A stretch of 64,000 bases of DNA, from the NCBI GenBank assembly GCA_025594325.1, contig JANHCV010000012.1, positions 682,001 to 746,000 on the forward strand, given 5' to 3'. Made by a program: the position numbers and the translations under genes. How positions within the stretch are numbered: position 1 is the stretch's first letter; each line of letters begins with the position of its first letter. The notes under the pieces are model-generated. The model ran no database searches. It was not told where the DNA came from and saw only the letters and a list, made by a program, of their open reading frames with translations. Positions 1-12,840 of the stretch are shown piece after piece. The DNA comes from Blastocladiella emersonii ATCC 22665 (taxonomy: Eukaryota; Fungi; Blastocladiomycota).

Positions 1-2441
1 GCGTCGCTGCGCCCGCGCCCGCTCGACCCCGACAGCGTCCCGCTACACGTGCGCGACGCGTGGGCAAGGATCGCGCCCGCGCTGGGGTCGGCGACGGCGC
101 CGAATGCCGCGCTCGCCGCCCTGGGACTCCCCGCGGGCACCGGCGGCGTGCCGGGGACCAACGCCCGCGACACGTTCCGGCGGATCCACGCGGTGCTGTG
201 GCCGCTGTACCGCGGGTTCCGCGCCGGGGCGGCGCAGGGCGCGGCGCGCGTCATGGATTTTGCCGACACGGTCGACCAGACGGCGTATTTCGGGCTCGTC
301 AAGGTGTTTGGGCGCGCGGCGTTGACGGACGATTTCCGCGCTGTACGTCCCACTCTCGCCTCCCCATCCCGCGGCCCGCGGTCACTGACATTGCGCCGTA
401 GATCAACGAAAACGTGCACGCCGGGATCCAGGTACTCGAGTCGCAGCTACTGTCGTCGTTTGACCGCGCGTACGAGACCAACGACATGGACGGCATGCGC
501 CAGCTCGCCAAGTGCCTCTTCTTCCTGACGGGCGGCGACTCGTGCGTCCAGCTCTTCATCTACAAGTCGCCCATCTTCTTTGACCACGCCAAGGACGTGA
601 CAGACAACTTCCGGGCGCTCGGCCTCACCTCTGGCGCCGCTCCACCACCAACGTCGCCACCAGGGCCTATCAGCACCGACCTGACCTCGCCCACCTCGCC
701 CGAGTCCTCGTCCCCCACCACCGCGGCCGCCAAGTCGGCATCCCTCGCGCACCTCGCCGACAGCGACTCGCCGCTGCAGCGGTACCTGGACAGCATGTCG
801 CGCACTCTGGAATCGCAGCTCCCCGTCATCAAGCGCGTGTTCCCGCACCCGGTCCCGTCGCAGTACGCCTTCGTCTCGAAAGTCTTCGACGAGTGCATCC
901 TCGACTACCTGTCGCGGCTCCTCCGCGAGGCGCAGTCGCGGGACCAAGTCGTCTTCCTGGCCTCGCTGACGCACATGTTCGAGCACTGCTCGATCCTGAT
1001 CCGCGAGCTGGCCGAGCACCACGGGCTCGACGCGGCACGCCTCGAGGACATGCTGCACGCGTGCCTCGCGCCGTTCACGGGCGCGCAGTACATGGACCGC
1101 GAGGTTGCGCACCTGCGCAACGCGTACGCCGAGTCGCTCGCCGCGTGGGCCGCGAAAGTGGCCGCGCAGCGGCGTGCGGCCAAGGGCGCGGCCGGAGGGC
1201 ATGTGCGGGTGTCGGTGCCTGACCCGAACCTCGGACGCCGCGTCCTGTCGTCGGTCAAGACGGTCCTGCTCACGCCGCAGGCGCTCGTCGCGCGCGCGAT
1301 CCGCGGTGGGGGAAGTGGCGGGGATAAGTACTCGGCGGCGCTCGCGCTCTCGTCCACGTCGCCCGTCGACGGGACCGGCGGGCTCGGGCATGGCCTGGGC
1401 CACGAGATTGACGGGCTCGCGAGTCCGACGTCCCCGGGCGACGGCGACGCGGGCGAGGACGGCAAACCGGCGACGGCGGCGTTCGACCAGCTCGACGCGC
1501 TGCTGAGCGTGGACCTGGTGCTGTCGATGATCACGCAGAACCGGGCGTCGGTTAAGCGCGCCGTGGTGATGATGAAGCGGTCGGGCGACGTGAAGCGGCA
1601 CGTCGAGCGGCTGTTCTCGATCCTGCTGACGACGGTCGCGGAGCGGCACATCCGCCCGTCTTTCGAGATCGCGACGGAGCGGCTGTCGGCGTACAAGGCG
1701 AGCGAGGACCTCGAGGTCCTCCCGCTGATCCAGTTTTTCGGCATGATCCAGGTCGTCGACGTGCTGCTGCAGATGGTGCACCTGTACTTCACCGAGGACA
1801 TGGCGCAGTACGTGAACCTCAACGACTTTCTGTCCGACTCGATCCAGGAGAAGAAGAAGTTCGAGAAGGTGATCGACGACTGCGTCGCCACGGGGCTCGA
1901 CCGCGCCATGCTCACGCTCATGGCGCAGTCCGAGTTCCTCCTGTCGACGGAGCAGCACCCGAGCGATTTCGACCCGCCCGACGAGGTCATGACCGACACC
2001 CGGCCGACGGACGCGTGCCGCATGTCCGTGGCGTGCCTCGACAAGCACATCGAGATGCTGCGCGCGTGCGCCGAGAAGAACATCCTGTCCGTCTTCTTGG
2101 CGGAAGTCGGGTCGCGCTTCTTCCAGGTGCTCTCGAAGCACATCCGGCGGCAGCGCATCTCGGTGGTCGGCGGGTTCCGGCTCATGTGCGACCTCAACGC
2201 GTACCACGCGTGGGCCGAGTCGCTGCGCAACGGCGAGGTGGCGCGCATGTTCCGCGCGCTCAAGGAACTGTCGAACGTGTTCGTCGTCACCGACATGCCC
2301 GCGCTCAAGGCCCTCGTCAAGGACCAGGCGCGGTACGGCGGCGTGTTCCGCGTCGAGGACGTGTACGAGTTCATCGAGCGGCGCGCGGATTACGATAGGA
2401 TCAAGTCCAAGGTCAAGGAGTCCGAGTGCGTCATCATGTGA
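1..2441 (+). CDS. RCY1: Recyclin-1 (Rcy1)-like Sec10-domain protein with C-terminal CaaX box; 5'-partial; intron 343-401
   Basis: Frame-1 ORF joins the 414-2441 ORF in phase 0 through a 59-nt intron (GTACGT...CACTGAC...TAG). The helical body is Sec10-like and the protein ends in CVIM*. Sec10-like domain plus CaaX is the established architecture of fungal Rcy1; the F-box would lie upstream of the window. Confidence 0.85.
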
Positions 2442-2861
2442 TGGTGGGTTGGCGCGAAGTGATACATTGCTTTGGAGACACGAGAAGACGCGTCGAGGGT
2501 GGGTGCGAGACACTGATCACGCGGCGGGTGCGAGACACTGCCGCGCGTCCCGCCCGCGCCGCCGCCGCCGCGCCGAGTGGTGTCCCGCGCGCATGCAAAC
2601 AACGGACCGACTGCTGCTCGCTCGTCCGCCCGCTCGCTCGCCGTGATAGAGTGCCTTGCTGCCCCGCACCCCGGTCGCTCCTCGCTCATAACGCAGCCCT
2701 CCTCTCCCTGCCCGGCCTGCCCGATCGGATCCACCGCACCTGTCCTCCCGATAGCTTGCTCTGCTCTCGTCCCCGTGTGTGCTGCTGTAGTCGTTCAGCG
2801 TACGTTCTTCGTCTCATCACCCCCGTAGCCCGCGAGAGCCGAGTATGAAACGCGTCGTGTG

Positions 2862-3096
2862 GTGAGTGGACGCGCGGCGTTCGGTGCGGCTCTCACCGCC
2901 GCTCGCCTCTGCTCCGCTGCCCCCCTCACCCCGCTGGCCGGACAACCCCCGTCACCGCTCGCCAGTTGCTGCAACGGACCGCTCTCGCTGCTCGACGCGT
3001 GCTGCTGCTGCCGCTGCTGCTGAGCTGCTGTATGCTTGGATGGAATCGCATGGACGAGCTACGACGCTGACCCGCTGCACCCGCCCAACTTCGTAG
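2862..3096 (+). other. Possible 5'-UTR intron of the MAPK gene
   Basis: GTGAGT donor at 2862, GCTGAC branch-like site near 3066 and TAG at 3094-3096, 27 nt before the ATG at 3124. Confidence 0.35.
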
Positions 3097-3123
3097 CCCC
3101 CTACCCATCCCCCACCCACCCCA

Positions 3124-4419
3124 ATGCCATCCATGTCCACGTCCAAGGCCCCGCCCGCGACGCCGGCCGCGCTGTCGAAAAAGTACCAGCTGATCCGCGA
3201 GCTCGGGTCGGGCGCGTACGGCGTCGTGTCGTCGGCCAAGAACCTGGAGACGGGCGACGACATTGCCATCAAGCGCGTGACCAAAGTCTTTGACAAGACG
3301 ATCCTGGCCAAGCGCGCCCTGCGCGAGATCAAGCTGCTGCGCCACTTCAACGGCCACGAGAACATCACGTCGATCCTCGACATGGAGGTGCCCAGCAACA
3401 TGGCCGACTACAACGAGATCTACCTCGTCCAGGAGCTCATGGAGGCGGACCTGCACCAGATCATCCGGTCCGAGCAGCCCCTGACCGACGCCCACTTCCA
3501 GTACTTTGTGTACCAGATCCTCCGCGGCCTCAAGTACATCCACTCGGCCAACGTGCTGCACCGCGACCTCAAGCCGGGCAACCTGCTCGTCAACGCCGAC
3601 TGCGAGCTCAAGATCTGCGACTTTGGCCTCGCCCGCGGCTTCTCCAACGACCCCGACGCCAACGGCGGGTTCATGACCGAGTACGTGGCCACGCGGTGGT
3701 ACCGCGCCCCGGAGATCATGCTGTCGTTCCAGTGCTACACCAAGGCCATCGACATGTGGTCGGTCGGGTGCATCTTCGGCGAGCTGCTCGGCGGGAAGCC
3801 CATGTTCAAGGGCCGCGACTACGTGGACCAGCTCAACCAGATTTTGGCGGTGCTCGGCACCCCCGACGACGCGACCCTGCGCCGCGTCGGGTCGCAGCGC
3901 GCCCAGGTCTACATCCGCTCGCTCCCGCGCTCCCCGCGCATCCCGTTCCAGACCCTGTTCCCGCGCGCCACCCCGCTCGCCCTCGACCTCCTCGACAAGC
4001 TCCTCCAGTTCGACCCGGCGCAGCGCATCACGGTCGAGGACGCCCTCGCCCACCCGTACCTCGCCACGTACCACGACCCCGACGAGGAGCCCGCGCACCC
4101 GCACCAGTTCGATTTCGCCTTCGAGAACGCCAAGACCATCGACGAGATCCGCGCCCTCATCACCCGCGAGGTCGTGTCCTGGAAGGCGCAGCGCCAGCAG
4201 GGCAGCGGGGCTGCGAATGTGCCGCCGCCGATCGTCGCGCCCGTGCCGGTTGCCGCGGGGGCGGCGCACGCGGGCGGAGCACACCGCGGCGACGGGCTCA
4301 AGTCGCCCGATATCGAGCAGGCCCGCCAGGTGCCCAAGGCCGTCGTTGACGAGGCCGCGGGGCCCCGGCCCGGTGTCGACCCCGAGCTCGAGCGCGAGCT
4401 CGCCCAGGGCGTGTTCTAA
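3124..4419 (+). CDS. SLT2: Cell-wall-integrity MAP kinase (Slt2/Mpk1 type), 431 aa
   Basis: Motifs [25 protein letters not shown] and TEY. The segment [47 protein letters not shown] matches the Slt2/Mpk1 subfamily signature. Confidence 0.92.
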   Translation: MPSMSTSKAPPATPAALSKKYQLIRELGSGAYGVVSSAKNLETGDDIAIKRVTKVFDKTILAKRALREIKLLRHFNGHENITSILDMEVPSNMADYNEIYLVQELMEADLHQIIRSEQPLTDAHFQYFVYQILRGLKYIHSANVLHRDLKPGNLLVNADCELKICDFGLARGFSNDPDANGGFMTEYVATRWYRAPEIMLSFQCYTKAIDMWSVGCIFGELLGGKPMFKGRDYVDQLNQILAVLGTPDDATLRRVGSQRAQVYIRSLPRSPRIPFQTLFPRATPLALDLLDKLLQFDPAQRITVEDALAHPYLATYHDPDEEPAHPHQFDFAFENAKTIDEIRALITREVVSWKAQRQQGSGAANVPPPIVAPVPVAAGAAHAGGAHRGDGLKSPDIEQARQVPKAVVDEAAGPRPGVDPELERELAQGVF

Positions 4420-5012
4420 GGTCGATGTCGTGATTCCTTCTTCCCCTCTACCGCCCAATGACGATGACGATCCCCGTGTGTAAATACATGAACGAAAATG
4501 GATGACGCCCTGCCTGATCACCGAGTCTCCCGCGTGCGACGATGAGTGGGCGAGCCGCGGTCCGACTGCTGGACGCTAGCTCGGGTGAGCTCGCTCGCCC
4601 CGCGACGCGCGCACCCGGCACGGCGGCACGGAACGCGAGACAACAGTCAGCTGATGCGTGGCGCAACGCGTCGCGTACGCGTCCGCATCCGCGTCCGCGT
4701 CCCAAGTTCCCCCACGCCTACGTCGCGGTCCCGTCCCGGTTCTTCGCGTGCCGAAACCCGCTTCAATGAGCTACTCGCCGGCGATTCTCGCGCTTCTGAA
4801 TCGTACTCGCCGCCGCTGCGAGCCGTGAGCGGAGCCGCATCGGCCGGCGCGAGGGACACGGCCTTCCACTCGCGGCGTGCACGAGATAGACTTGCCCCGC
4901 GCGGCCATCGAAATCGCTATTATTCCGAGCGCGGCCGATGGGTCAACTGATAGTCCGATTCATCACGCATTCCATCACTCAACCGTCCGTGCAGACGCAC
5001 CTGCAGTCAGTA

Positions 5013-6242
5013 TCACGGCATCCCGCCCTCGTTCGTGTTCGACGACCGGGCGGGCACCGTCTTGAACGACGCCATCGTCTCCGACTCCTTGGACGCGCGC
5101 GACGCCGAGGCCGAGTTCGACGAGGAGTCGGCGGTGGTCGGGCGCCGCGAGTTGTTGCCGTTCTTCATCACGCGGTTGAGGCCATCGAGGAAACTACACG
5201 CCAGAAGCAGGTTAGGCTACCAAAACGCGCTGACAAGCTGATGAGCTGGACGCACGAGCTGAAGATGCGCAGGCGGACCGCGTCAGCGAAGAAGAAGCTA
5301 CACGGACGCGCGTGAAGTGAGTCGTCGCGCCCATGGCCATGATGGTCATCGCGGCACTCTCGCATACGTGAACCACGAAGGATCGAAGCCCGGGTCGACG
5401 AACCGGCCGATCGTCGTGAACAGAATGAGCGAGACCTCGCCGAGCAGGAGGAACTGAATGTGCCGCGTGAGGCCGACCATGTCCGACCGCATCGTCACGC
5501 CGCCGGCCGGGACCACGGTCAGGTCACGTAGGAACAGCACGAAGAGCAGCGAGATGCTCGAGTTGACGAGGCAGTCGACGATGAACCAGGCTGTGTGGTT
5601 GGTCAGCGTGAGTCGGGCACGAGGCTAGCGAGGAAGTGCGTACACGTGTAGACGGCCTCGTTGGCCGCCTTGCTCTCGGCCGCGGCAAAGTACGAGTTCC
5701 ACGTCAGGGTCAGGTACCAGACGGTGCAGGTCGCGAGCAGGGTGACCGCCGCCGCGGCTCCGAAGAGGAGGATCTGTACGGCGCGCTTATACCGCTTGTA
5801 GCACGTAACGTACAGCCTGGATACTTGCTCTCCGCGAGTGAGTTTACGAACCATTTCGCTGCTGCCGACGCATCGCGTACCGTCGCACGTTCAAGCAAAC
5901 AAACACGCTTCCGCAGATCCCCTCGAGGAGCGTCGCGATCAGCGAGTACTCGACGGGGCACATTTCGGGGGACGCGTACGTCGCCGTCAACGCGATCGTG
6001 ATGTACACGCGGCCCAGGGCAACGCCGCTCAGGATCGCGTAGTACCGCGTCTTGGTCCTCAGGTACAGCCGCGTGCTCGTGACGAGCGCGAGCGAGTACA
6101 TGAGCAGCGTCATGCCGGCGAGCGCGCTCGCCGGGCTCCAGATGAAGACGGGCTGCGCGCGCGCCATGATCGCGGGGGGTTAGCGAATGCAATCCGTGAG
6201 CGTGCGCGGCGGCCGTGGATCACTTACTTCGGTCAATCCCAT
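5013..6242 (-). CDS. Seven-transmembrane (GPCR-like) protein, about 308 aa, 6 exons
   Basis: Exons 6242-6228, 6152-5881, 5816-5644, 5590-5368, 5297-5235 and 5193-5013 are joined by GT-AG introns with branch-like sites; total 927 nt, in frame. Seven hydrophobic segments, a Cys at the top of TM3 and a Ser-rich C-tail. Confidence 0.75.
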
Positions 6243-7060
6243 CGTTTAAGGCTGCATCAATAAATTTTAATCGAATGCGTGGAGGTTTGACCACATGCCA
6301 TCAAAGTGGTGCTTGAGTTCGGAGCAGGGACCGTGGGATCCCGCACGTCTCCCGCGCCTTTTCGCGGACATGGCCTGTGGTGCGCGTTTGAAGTGCTGCC
6401 TCGCGACAATTTTGGCGTGCGTGGTTGATGATACGGTGGTTGTGATCACGGTGGTGAGCCTGTGGCTGGCCAAGAGAGGCGATTGCAGCACCCGTCGTTG
6501 TAGGACGCGGATCGGCACTGGCCACAACCTGCGAGGAGTTCTTTCGTCCTTTCGAGGTATCCCTCACCTTAGAGTACTGATCGCGTATGCAAGGTATCGC
6601 TCTCAGACTTCCTGTCCTCCTTGTCTCGTTGTCGCAATGCCAACGGCCCAGCCCGCGCGTGGCGAACATCAGCGATTTCTGCTCGCGCGAGCGCGTGCCC
6701 ACTGAACGTACTCGGAACGAGTCGTTCCCGTCGACTGATTCGCTGGGCAGGGCATTGACAGAGAGCTGGGAGACGAAACCTGGTGCGGCGCGTCGCGTTG
6801 CGTCGCGGTTCGCGAAGCAGAGACGCGTCGGACGTGATGCGAGACACGACGCGTTGAGGTGTCTCGCGTCCCGCGAGCGCGTCACGCCCGCCCCGCCGGA
6901 TGACGGGGTGGGCGGCACCAGGTCGCTGACCTCGCGCTCTCCTTGGCCCTCGTGCTGCGTCGCAAGATGAAGTTTATGAAACGAACACGAGGCGATGGCC
7001 GCCGCTCGCTCGCTGCAGCTGCATGAAACTCTAGCGAGCTAGAACTAGACGGGCATTACC

Positions 7061-8824
7061 ATGACCTCAGCGGGCAACAGCTCCTCACGCCCTCCGCCAG
7101 CTGCGGAGCACGACCAGCTGCTACTGCCGTCGCAAGTCCCCGCCGCGCCCACGCAGCGGACCGCTGTCGGCCGCGACCGCGTCCTCGATGCTGCTTCAAC
7201 CGTTTCGCTCGGCGCCGAAGCCGCGCAACCCGGCAGCAGCAAACCGGACCCAGCACCGTCAGCATCTATCGCGATCCCCATCACCGACCTCCCCGCTCCC
7301 CCACGCCGCCGCCCTGACCGCCGCAGCTACATCGGCCCGCGCACGGGCACGCGTTTCCACCGCTCCTCCGTCTGGCGGGGCGCAGTCCACGCGCTTCTCT
7401 CCGCGATCCTACTCGCGGGCATGGTCATGTTCGCGACCGTCACGCTCTCCGTCGTCGTGGCCGTCGGGTACCTCGCGTTCAAAGTGAGCGACGACTCGCT
7501 TCCGCTACCCCTCGGAATCGCCCTCTACGTGTCCGTGTGCCTCGCGCTCGCTCGCAGCGTGCTACGGACGGGGCTAAGGGTTGTCGTGTGGCTGTGGTCG
7601 GTGCCGGTGCGCCCCGCGTCGGCGGGCGCGGGCGCGGTGTTGATGGGCGAGTTCTCGTCGCCGCTTGCCGCGCTCGTAGCCGCGCCGGGGAAAGCGGCGG
7701 ACGCGGCGCTCGCGCGGTTCGTGCACTGGGCCGTCGACCGCGCGTACGCGCACGCGCAGCGGTCAAGGACCGAGGACCGCGGGTATCCCGGGCACTACGC
7801 GCGGCCGGTGGTCGCGCCGGCGCCTGCGGGCGACGAGGGCAAGGAGGCCGAGGAGGGAAAGGCCGTGATGCGCGACTCGCTTCGTCATTTCCTATTGTTT
7901 AACGCGATCCTGCTCTTCCTCGTGCTGCCGTGTCTGGCCACGGCGGTCCAGTTCGGGTACGACGCGATTGCGTCGGTGCTGTCGTTTGTTGTGGTCATGG
8001 GTACGCTCTCCCTCACACCTCCGCACTCTCCCGGCAATGACCTCCCGCAAAGCGTCCATGGCCGCGATCCTGCTCACCAACGCGGCGAACCGGGTGCACC
8101 GGACGGGCCGGTTCCTGTGCATTCTGTGGAAGCAGGGCGAGGTGAGCCGCGAGCGGCAGCTCGCCATGTACGTGGCGAGCGTCGGGCAAGAGGCCAAGAT
8201 CGACATTCTCGACTCGATGGCCGACCAGGTGGTCAAGGTGTTTGCGCTGATCCTCGTCGTCGGGCTCATCATTGTCAACTCGGTACGCTCGCTGACGTCT
8301 CAAAGCACGAGCAGCGACTGATTCTCGTGGTGTAGGCGAGCAAAAAGTACCTCACCGCCGTCTCCGCGGGCATCGTCGCAGCGTGTCTGCTGTTCCGCTC
8401 GCGCACCCTCTTCACGCGCTGCTGCCGCCCTCGGTCCATGCCCCGCGCCGGGTACTACGATGGCACACGGCTCCGCGAACCCCTCGTGGTCCTTCTCGCG
8501 CGCACGCTGGCCACCGTGACGGGCCTCGTGTGCCTGGCGTACCTAGACCTGAGCGAGGTCAACACCAACGGCGCGAGCGCTGCGCGCGTCCTCGACCTCA
8601 TCGCGCAATCAAACGGGACGGACCGCGGGCTGCTGGTCCCGCTGACGTGCGCGTACCTCGCCGCGTACCTGTCAGCGGACGTGGCGTTTGTCGCGGTGCG
8701 GAACACGCCCCCTTGCGGCGTTCGCGGGCCGTGCACCGCCGCGCTCCCGCCGACGTGTCACAGGTGGGCGAACACGGTCGCGACGCTGCTCGCGCACTGC
8801 TACGGGATCGGCGCTGCGAGGTGA
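7061..8824 (+). CDS. Multi-pass membrane protein of unknown function, about 552 aa; introns 8001-8052 and 8283-8335
   Basis: Two GTACGC...AG introns link three ORF pieces in frame; many hydrophobic segments. The 3' end may have a further intron. Confidence 0.65.
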
Positions 8825-9892
8825 AAGCGTAATCCATTTTGCTTGCGGGTGCGGACAGAGACGCGCGCGAGCAGAGAGATTTTCACGCGCGCGTGTGCGC
8901 GGGACCGCGCGCGAAGGGAAGGGACTTGGTTGCTCCCACGCGTCGGGTCGCTTGCCGCTTGGCCGTCGGCCGATCGCGATCGCGGCCACCGCCCGTCTTC
9001 GTCTCGCCGCCGCGGTCGCGACCCACCGCCCATGGCGCGCCCATCGCGCGCCCACCGTGGCCACCACCGCCTGCGCTGTGCGCAGTCCGTTGCTGACTCG
9101 ACCCGCTGCTGCTGCGTCATCCCGCAGATGCCGCGTCACTTCGATAGACGCGTCGTTCACGCGCGCGTGCGTGGCCGCGGCGGGCGTGAAACGGGGCCCC
9201 GGGCTTGGACCACCACTCAGCGCGCCCCGCCAGAGACGTAAATACGCCGTGGCGCCGCTCGTTCGTCGCGCGCCTCCCGTTGTGTCCTCCGAAAGAGAGA
9301 GAGGATTCATCGTCATCGCGTCGCTGGTGCAGTCCGCGCGCCCATCCGCCATCGTCGTCATCGCCCGCCCACCGGTGCGTTGCTCCTCCGCCCCCGCCCG
9401 CTCCGCGCCCTGCCCCGCCCTGCTGCGCCTCAAGTTCATTGCCTGGTCGCACGGGCCGGCGCTTCACCTTCGACCTTCGCGTCTGCTGCTGCCGTCGCGT
9501 CCCTCCTCCCATCGCTTATCGCTCACCTTCCGACCCGTCGTTTCGAGCACAGTGGGCTGCGTCCTCAAACACCGCTGCCGCATCGTTCGTTTGTTCGCTC
9601 CTGCCGCCGTTTCGCATCGGCCCCCTCCCGTCCCGGCCTGCCGAAGTTCGTCCGTCCGTCCGCGACCGGCCGCCACTTCTCCTCCTCCTCCTTCTCTCTC
9701 CACCAGTTACCCTCTCCCCATCCCTTGCCCTCGCCGGCGCACCACGAAGCTATCTCTCTTGCTGCACTGCGCTCCACGGACCTCAAGCGCGCAGTGCCAC
9801 CCCGTCATATCCCCGCAGCGACGAACCCGTCGTCGTCGTCAACGCTTCGCTTCCTCGCTCGCTCTCGTAACCCGTTCTCAACACCCTCAACC

Positions 9893-12429
9893 ATGTCGCT
9901 CAAGCCGGCCGCCGCCAGCGCCGCGCCCATCATGGCGGCCGCGACATCCTCGCACCGCGGCAATGGCGGGCCGGCCGCCCTGCAGCCCGCCGCGCCCTTC
10001 CAGCCCGACTCGTGCCGCCTCTACGATACCAGCGCCATTGCCGAGATTGGTACGCTTGGCCCGCTCCTCGCTCGTCCCACCCACGGCTAACATCCCCCCA
10101 AACCCGTCTAGTCGCCGCATCCCCCGACCTCGCGCACCTGCGCCCGCAGACGGCCGACGAGCACGCGGCCGTGGCGCACTACCTTCGCGTCGCCGACAAC
10201 GCGCTGACGCCGCCCATGACCACGTGGCTGTACGCGGCGATTGGGCTCATCCCGTACGTCGCTGCCGACGTGGACCCGGCGCGCGAGGCGCTGCTGCACG
10301 CGCTGTCTTCGCTCGAGGCGACGCTCGCGGTCCAGCCGTCGCTGCTGCCCGCGCGGTTCACCGTGGCCGACGTGGCGGTCGCCATCACGCTGTTCCCCGC
10401 GTACAAGAACCTGCTGGACCAGGCGACCATGATGGGCCGGCTGCCGAGCCTGACGAAATGGTTCTTTGCGTGCATCAACCACGCCGTGGTCCAGTACGTG
10501 TACGACCAGCTGCAGGCCGGGCAGGTCCAGTACGAGCCCAAGCAGGAGGCGCGCAAGCGCAAGGTCACGGTCGACGACTACCACATCATCCAGGTGCTCG
10601 GCAAGGGGTGCATGGGCAAGGTGCTGCTCGTGCGCCACAAGAAGTCGTCCAACCTGTACGCGCTCAAGTCCATCTCCAAGTCGTCGGTCATCGTCCACAA
10701 GGAGCTCAACCACACGCTCGCCGAGCGCAAGATCCTGTCGACCATCGCCCAGATCCACCACCCGTTCCTCATCCAGTGCCACAACGCGTTCACGTCCGAG
10801 AACGAGCTGTTCCTCGTCCTCGATTTCGTCGCCGGTGGGGACATGGCCACCCAGCTCGCCAAGTTCGGCCGGTTCCCCGCACCCCGCGTCCAGTTCTACG
10901 CCGCCGAAATCGTCCTCGGCATGCTCGAGCTGCACCGCCTCGGCGTCGTGTACCGCGACCTCAAGCCCGAGAACATCCTGCTCCAGCCCGACGGGCACAT
11001 CCTGCTCACCGATTTCGGCCTGTCCAAGATGTTCCGCACCAGCAAATCCTCCTCGTCTTCGTCGGGCTCGCGCCGCACCAACACGTTCGCCGGCACCGCC
11101 GAGTACCTGGCGCCCGAGATCCTGCGCAACGAGGAGTACGGGTTCGAGGTGGACTGGTGGTCGTTCGGCACGCTCATCTACGAGATGCAGGCCGGCGTCA
11201 CGCCGTTCTGGGCCGACAACCACGCCACCATGTACCAGCGCGTGCTCGACGACCCGCTCGAGTTCCCGGACGACGTGCCGCCCGCGACCCGCGATTTCCT
11301 CGGCCGGCTCCTCGAGCGCGACCCGGCACGCCGTCTCGGGTCGGGCGCCAGCGGACCGCACGATATCCAGTCGCACCCCTTCTTCGCCGGCGTGAGCTGG
11401 GAGGACGTCTACTACAAGCGCGTCGCCGCGCCGTACGTGCCCAAGGTCCGCAACCCGCTCGACCTGTCCAACTTCGAAGAGTGCTTCACCGCCATGTCGC
11501 CCCGCCTCTCGCCCGCGTCCCACGACCTCTCGGCCTCGCTCCAGGACTATTTCGCGGGCTACTCGTGGGCCCCCGGCGCGCCCATCGGGTCGCTGTCGCG
11601 CTCGTTTGTGCCGTCGACCTCGCTCGCCTCGTCGTTCTACGGGTCCAGCCACATGTCGTCGGCGGGCGCCGGCGCCGGCGCCAACGGCGCGGCGGCCAGC
11701 GCGCTCGCCCGGTCGCACCAGAAACCGTCCAACTTCCCGCCGTACGCCGACCCCTCCTCCTCCTCGAACCGCAACTCGGCCGCCGCGGGCCTCGTCGCCG
11801 CCGCGTCCCGCACGACGGGTGCCGTGAACCACGCGAGCGATTTCGGCGGCGCCTTCGACATGGACCTGGACGTCGGGTACCACCACCCGGCGGGCCACCC
11901 GGAGGAGGACGAGCTGGACCTCGACCTGCTCGCGCCTTCTTCCGCGACCGTCTCCCCCGCACCGTCCAACGGGTCCCTCTCCGCCTCGTCCGCGATCGCG
12001 CAGCAGCTCACGTTCTCGTCGCGCGTGAAGAAGCCGCCCGCCACGAGCTCGGCGGCGGGCAACGCGATGGCGACGCCCGCGGCCTCCGCGTCGCCGAGCC
12101 CCGCGCTGCACCACCGCCCGTCCATGGACGACTTCTACAGCAACACCGCGCGGACCGGGAGTTTCGATTCCCCGAAGCTGTGGACCGGCGGGCTCCTCGG
12201 CGGCACGGCTTCCGCGCCCGCGTCGTCGCTCTCGTCGCCGACGCCGTCGCGGCCCGGGACCCCAACGCCGGCTACGTCCGCGCCGTTGGTGGCCGCGAGT
12301 GCGTCCGCGAACAGCGTGTTCGCGATGCACCGCAGCCCGTCGCCGCGCCAACAGGCGGGGGTCCAGCGGAGCAACTCGGGCCACGGCGCCACGTACTGGC
12401 AGATGTTCACGACGTCGCGGCAGCACTAG
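9893..12429 (+). CDS. AGC Ser/Thr kinase (Sch9/Ypk/SGK-like) with N-terminal eEF1Bgamma-type GST C-terminal domain, about 824 aa; intron 10050-10111
   Basis: 62-nt intron (GTACGC...GCTAAC...TAG). Kinase motifs [24 protein letters not shown] and [12 protein letters not shown]; AGC C-tail [15 protein letters not shown] and hydrophobic motif YFAGYSW. The N-terminal segment aligns by eye to the eEF1Bgamma GST-C domain. Confidence 0.9.
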
Positions 12430-12840
12430 GGTTGGTGGTGATGGAAGTGCTTGACTTGTTATTAGAGAGGCCTGGGTGCCTCGGCTTCCGTTAGTTTCTT
12501 TTTGTGGTATTCTTAGCGCGTGTTCTCATTCTCATTGATTTATTTGTGTGCTCCCCTCATCTCCTCTGCGTGCGTGTTCTCTCTGTATTGTTGTCGGTGC
12601 GAATACTTCTCCCCAAAATTCGAACTGATCGACTTGGCCGTGGCGAGGTGCAGGGCGAGGTTAGCGGGCAGCGACGGCGAGACAGACAGGTCGCCGCGTC
12701 CTCACATGATATCGCGACGCGTCCTCGAGTCGAAAAGAGAAAATCGATAGACTGAGAGAAGGAAGACTGTACAAGTTGTTGATGATAACCAACCACAACC
12801 ACACTCGCGCGGGCCTGCGCGCCGCGCCGCGCCGCGCAGC

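Noticed and set aside
2845-3123. Upstream coding exon MKRVV for the MAPK
   Set aside because: Splicing 2862-3096 puts it out of frame with ATG 3124; at most a uORF.
8688-12494. 1268-aa plus-strand ORF and other very long overlapping ORFs (447-2513, 10108-12426, 2926-4521, 42729-44606, 55554-56897)
   Set aside because: Shadow frames of GC3-biased real genes; Arg/Ala/Pro-rich with no motifs.
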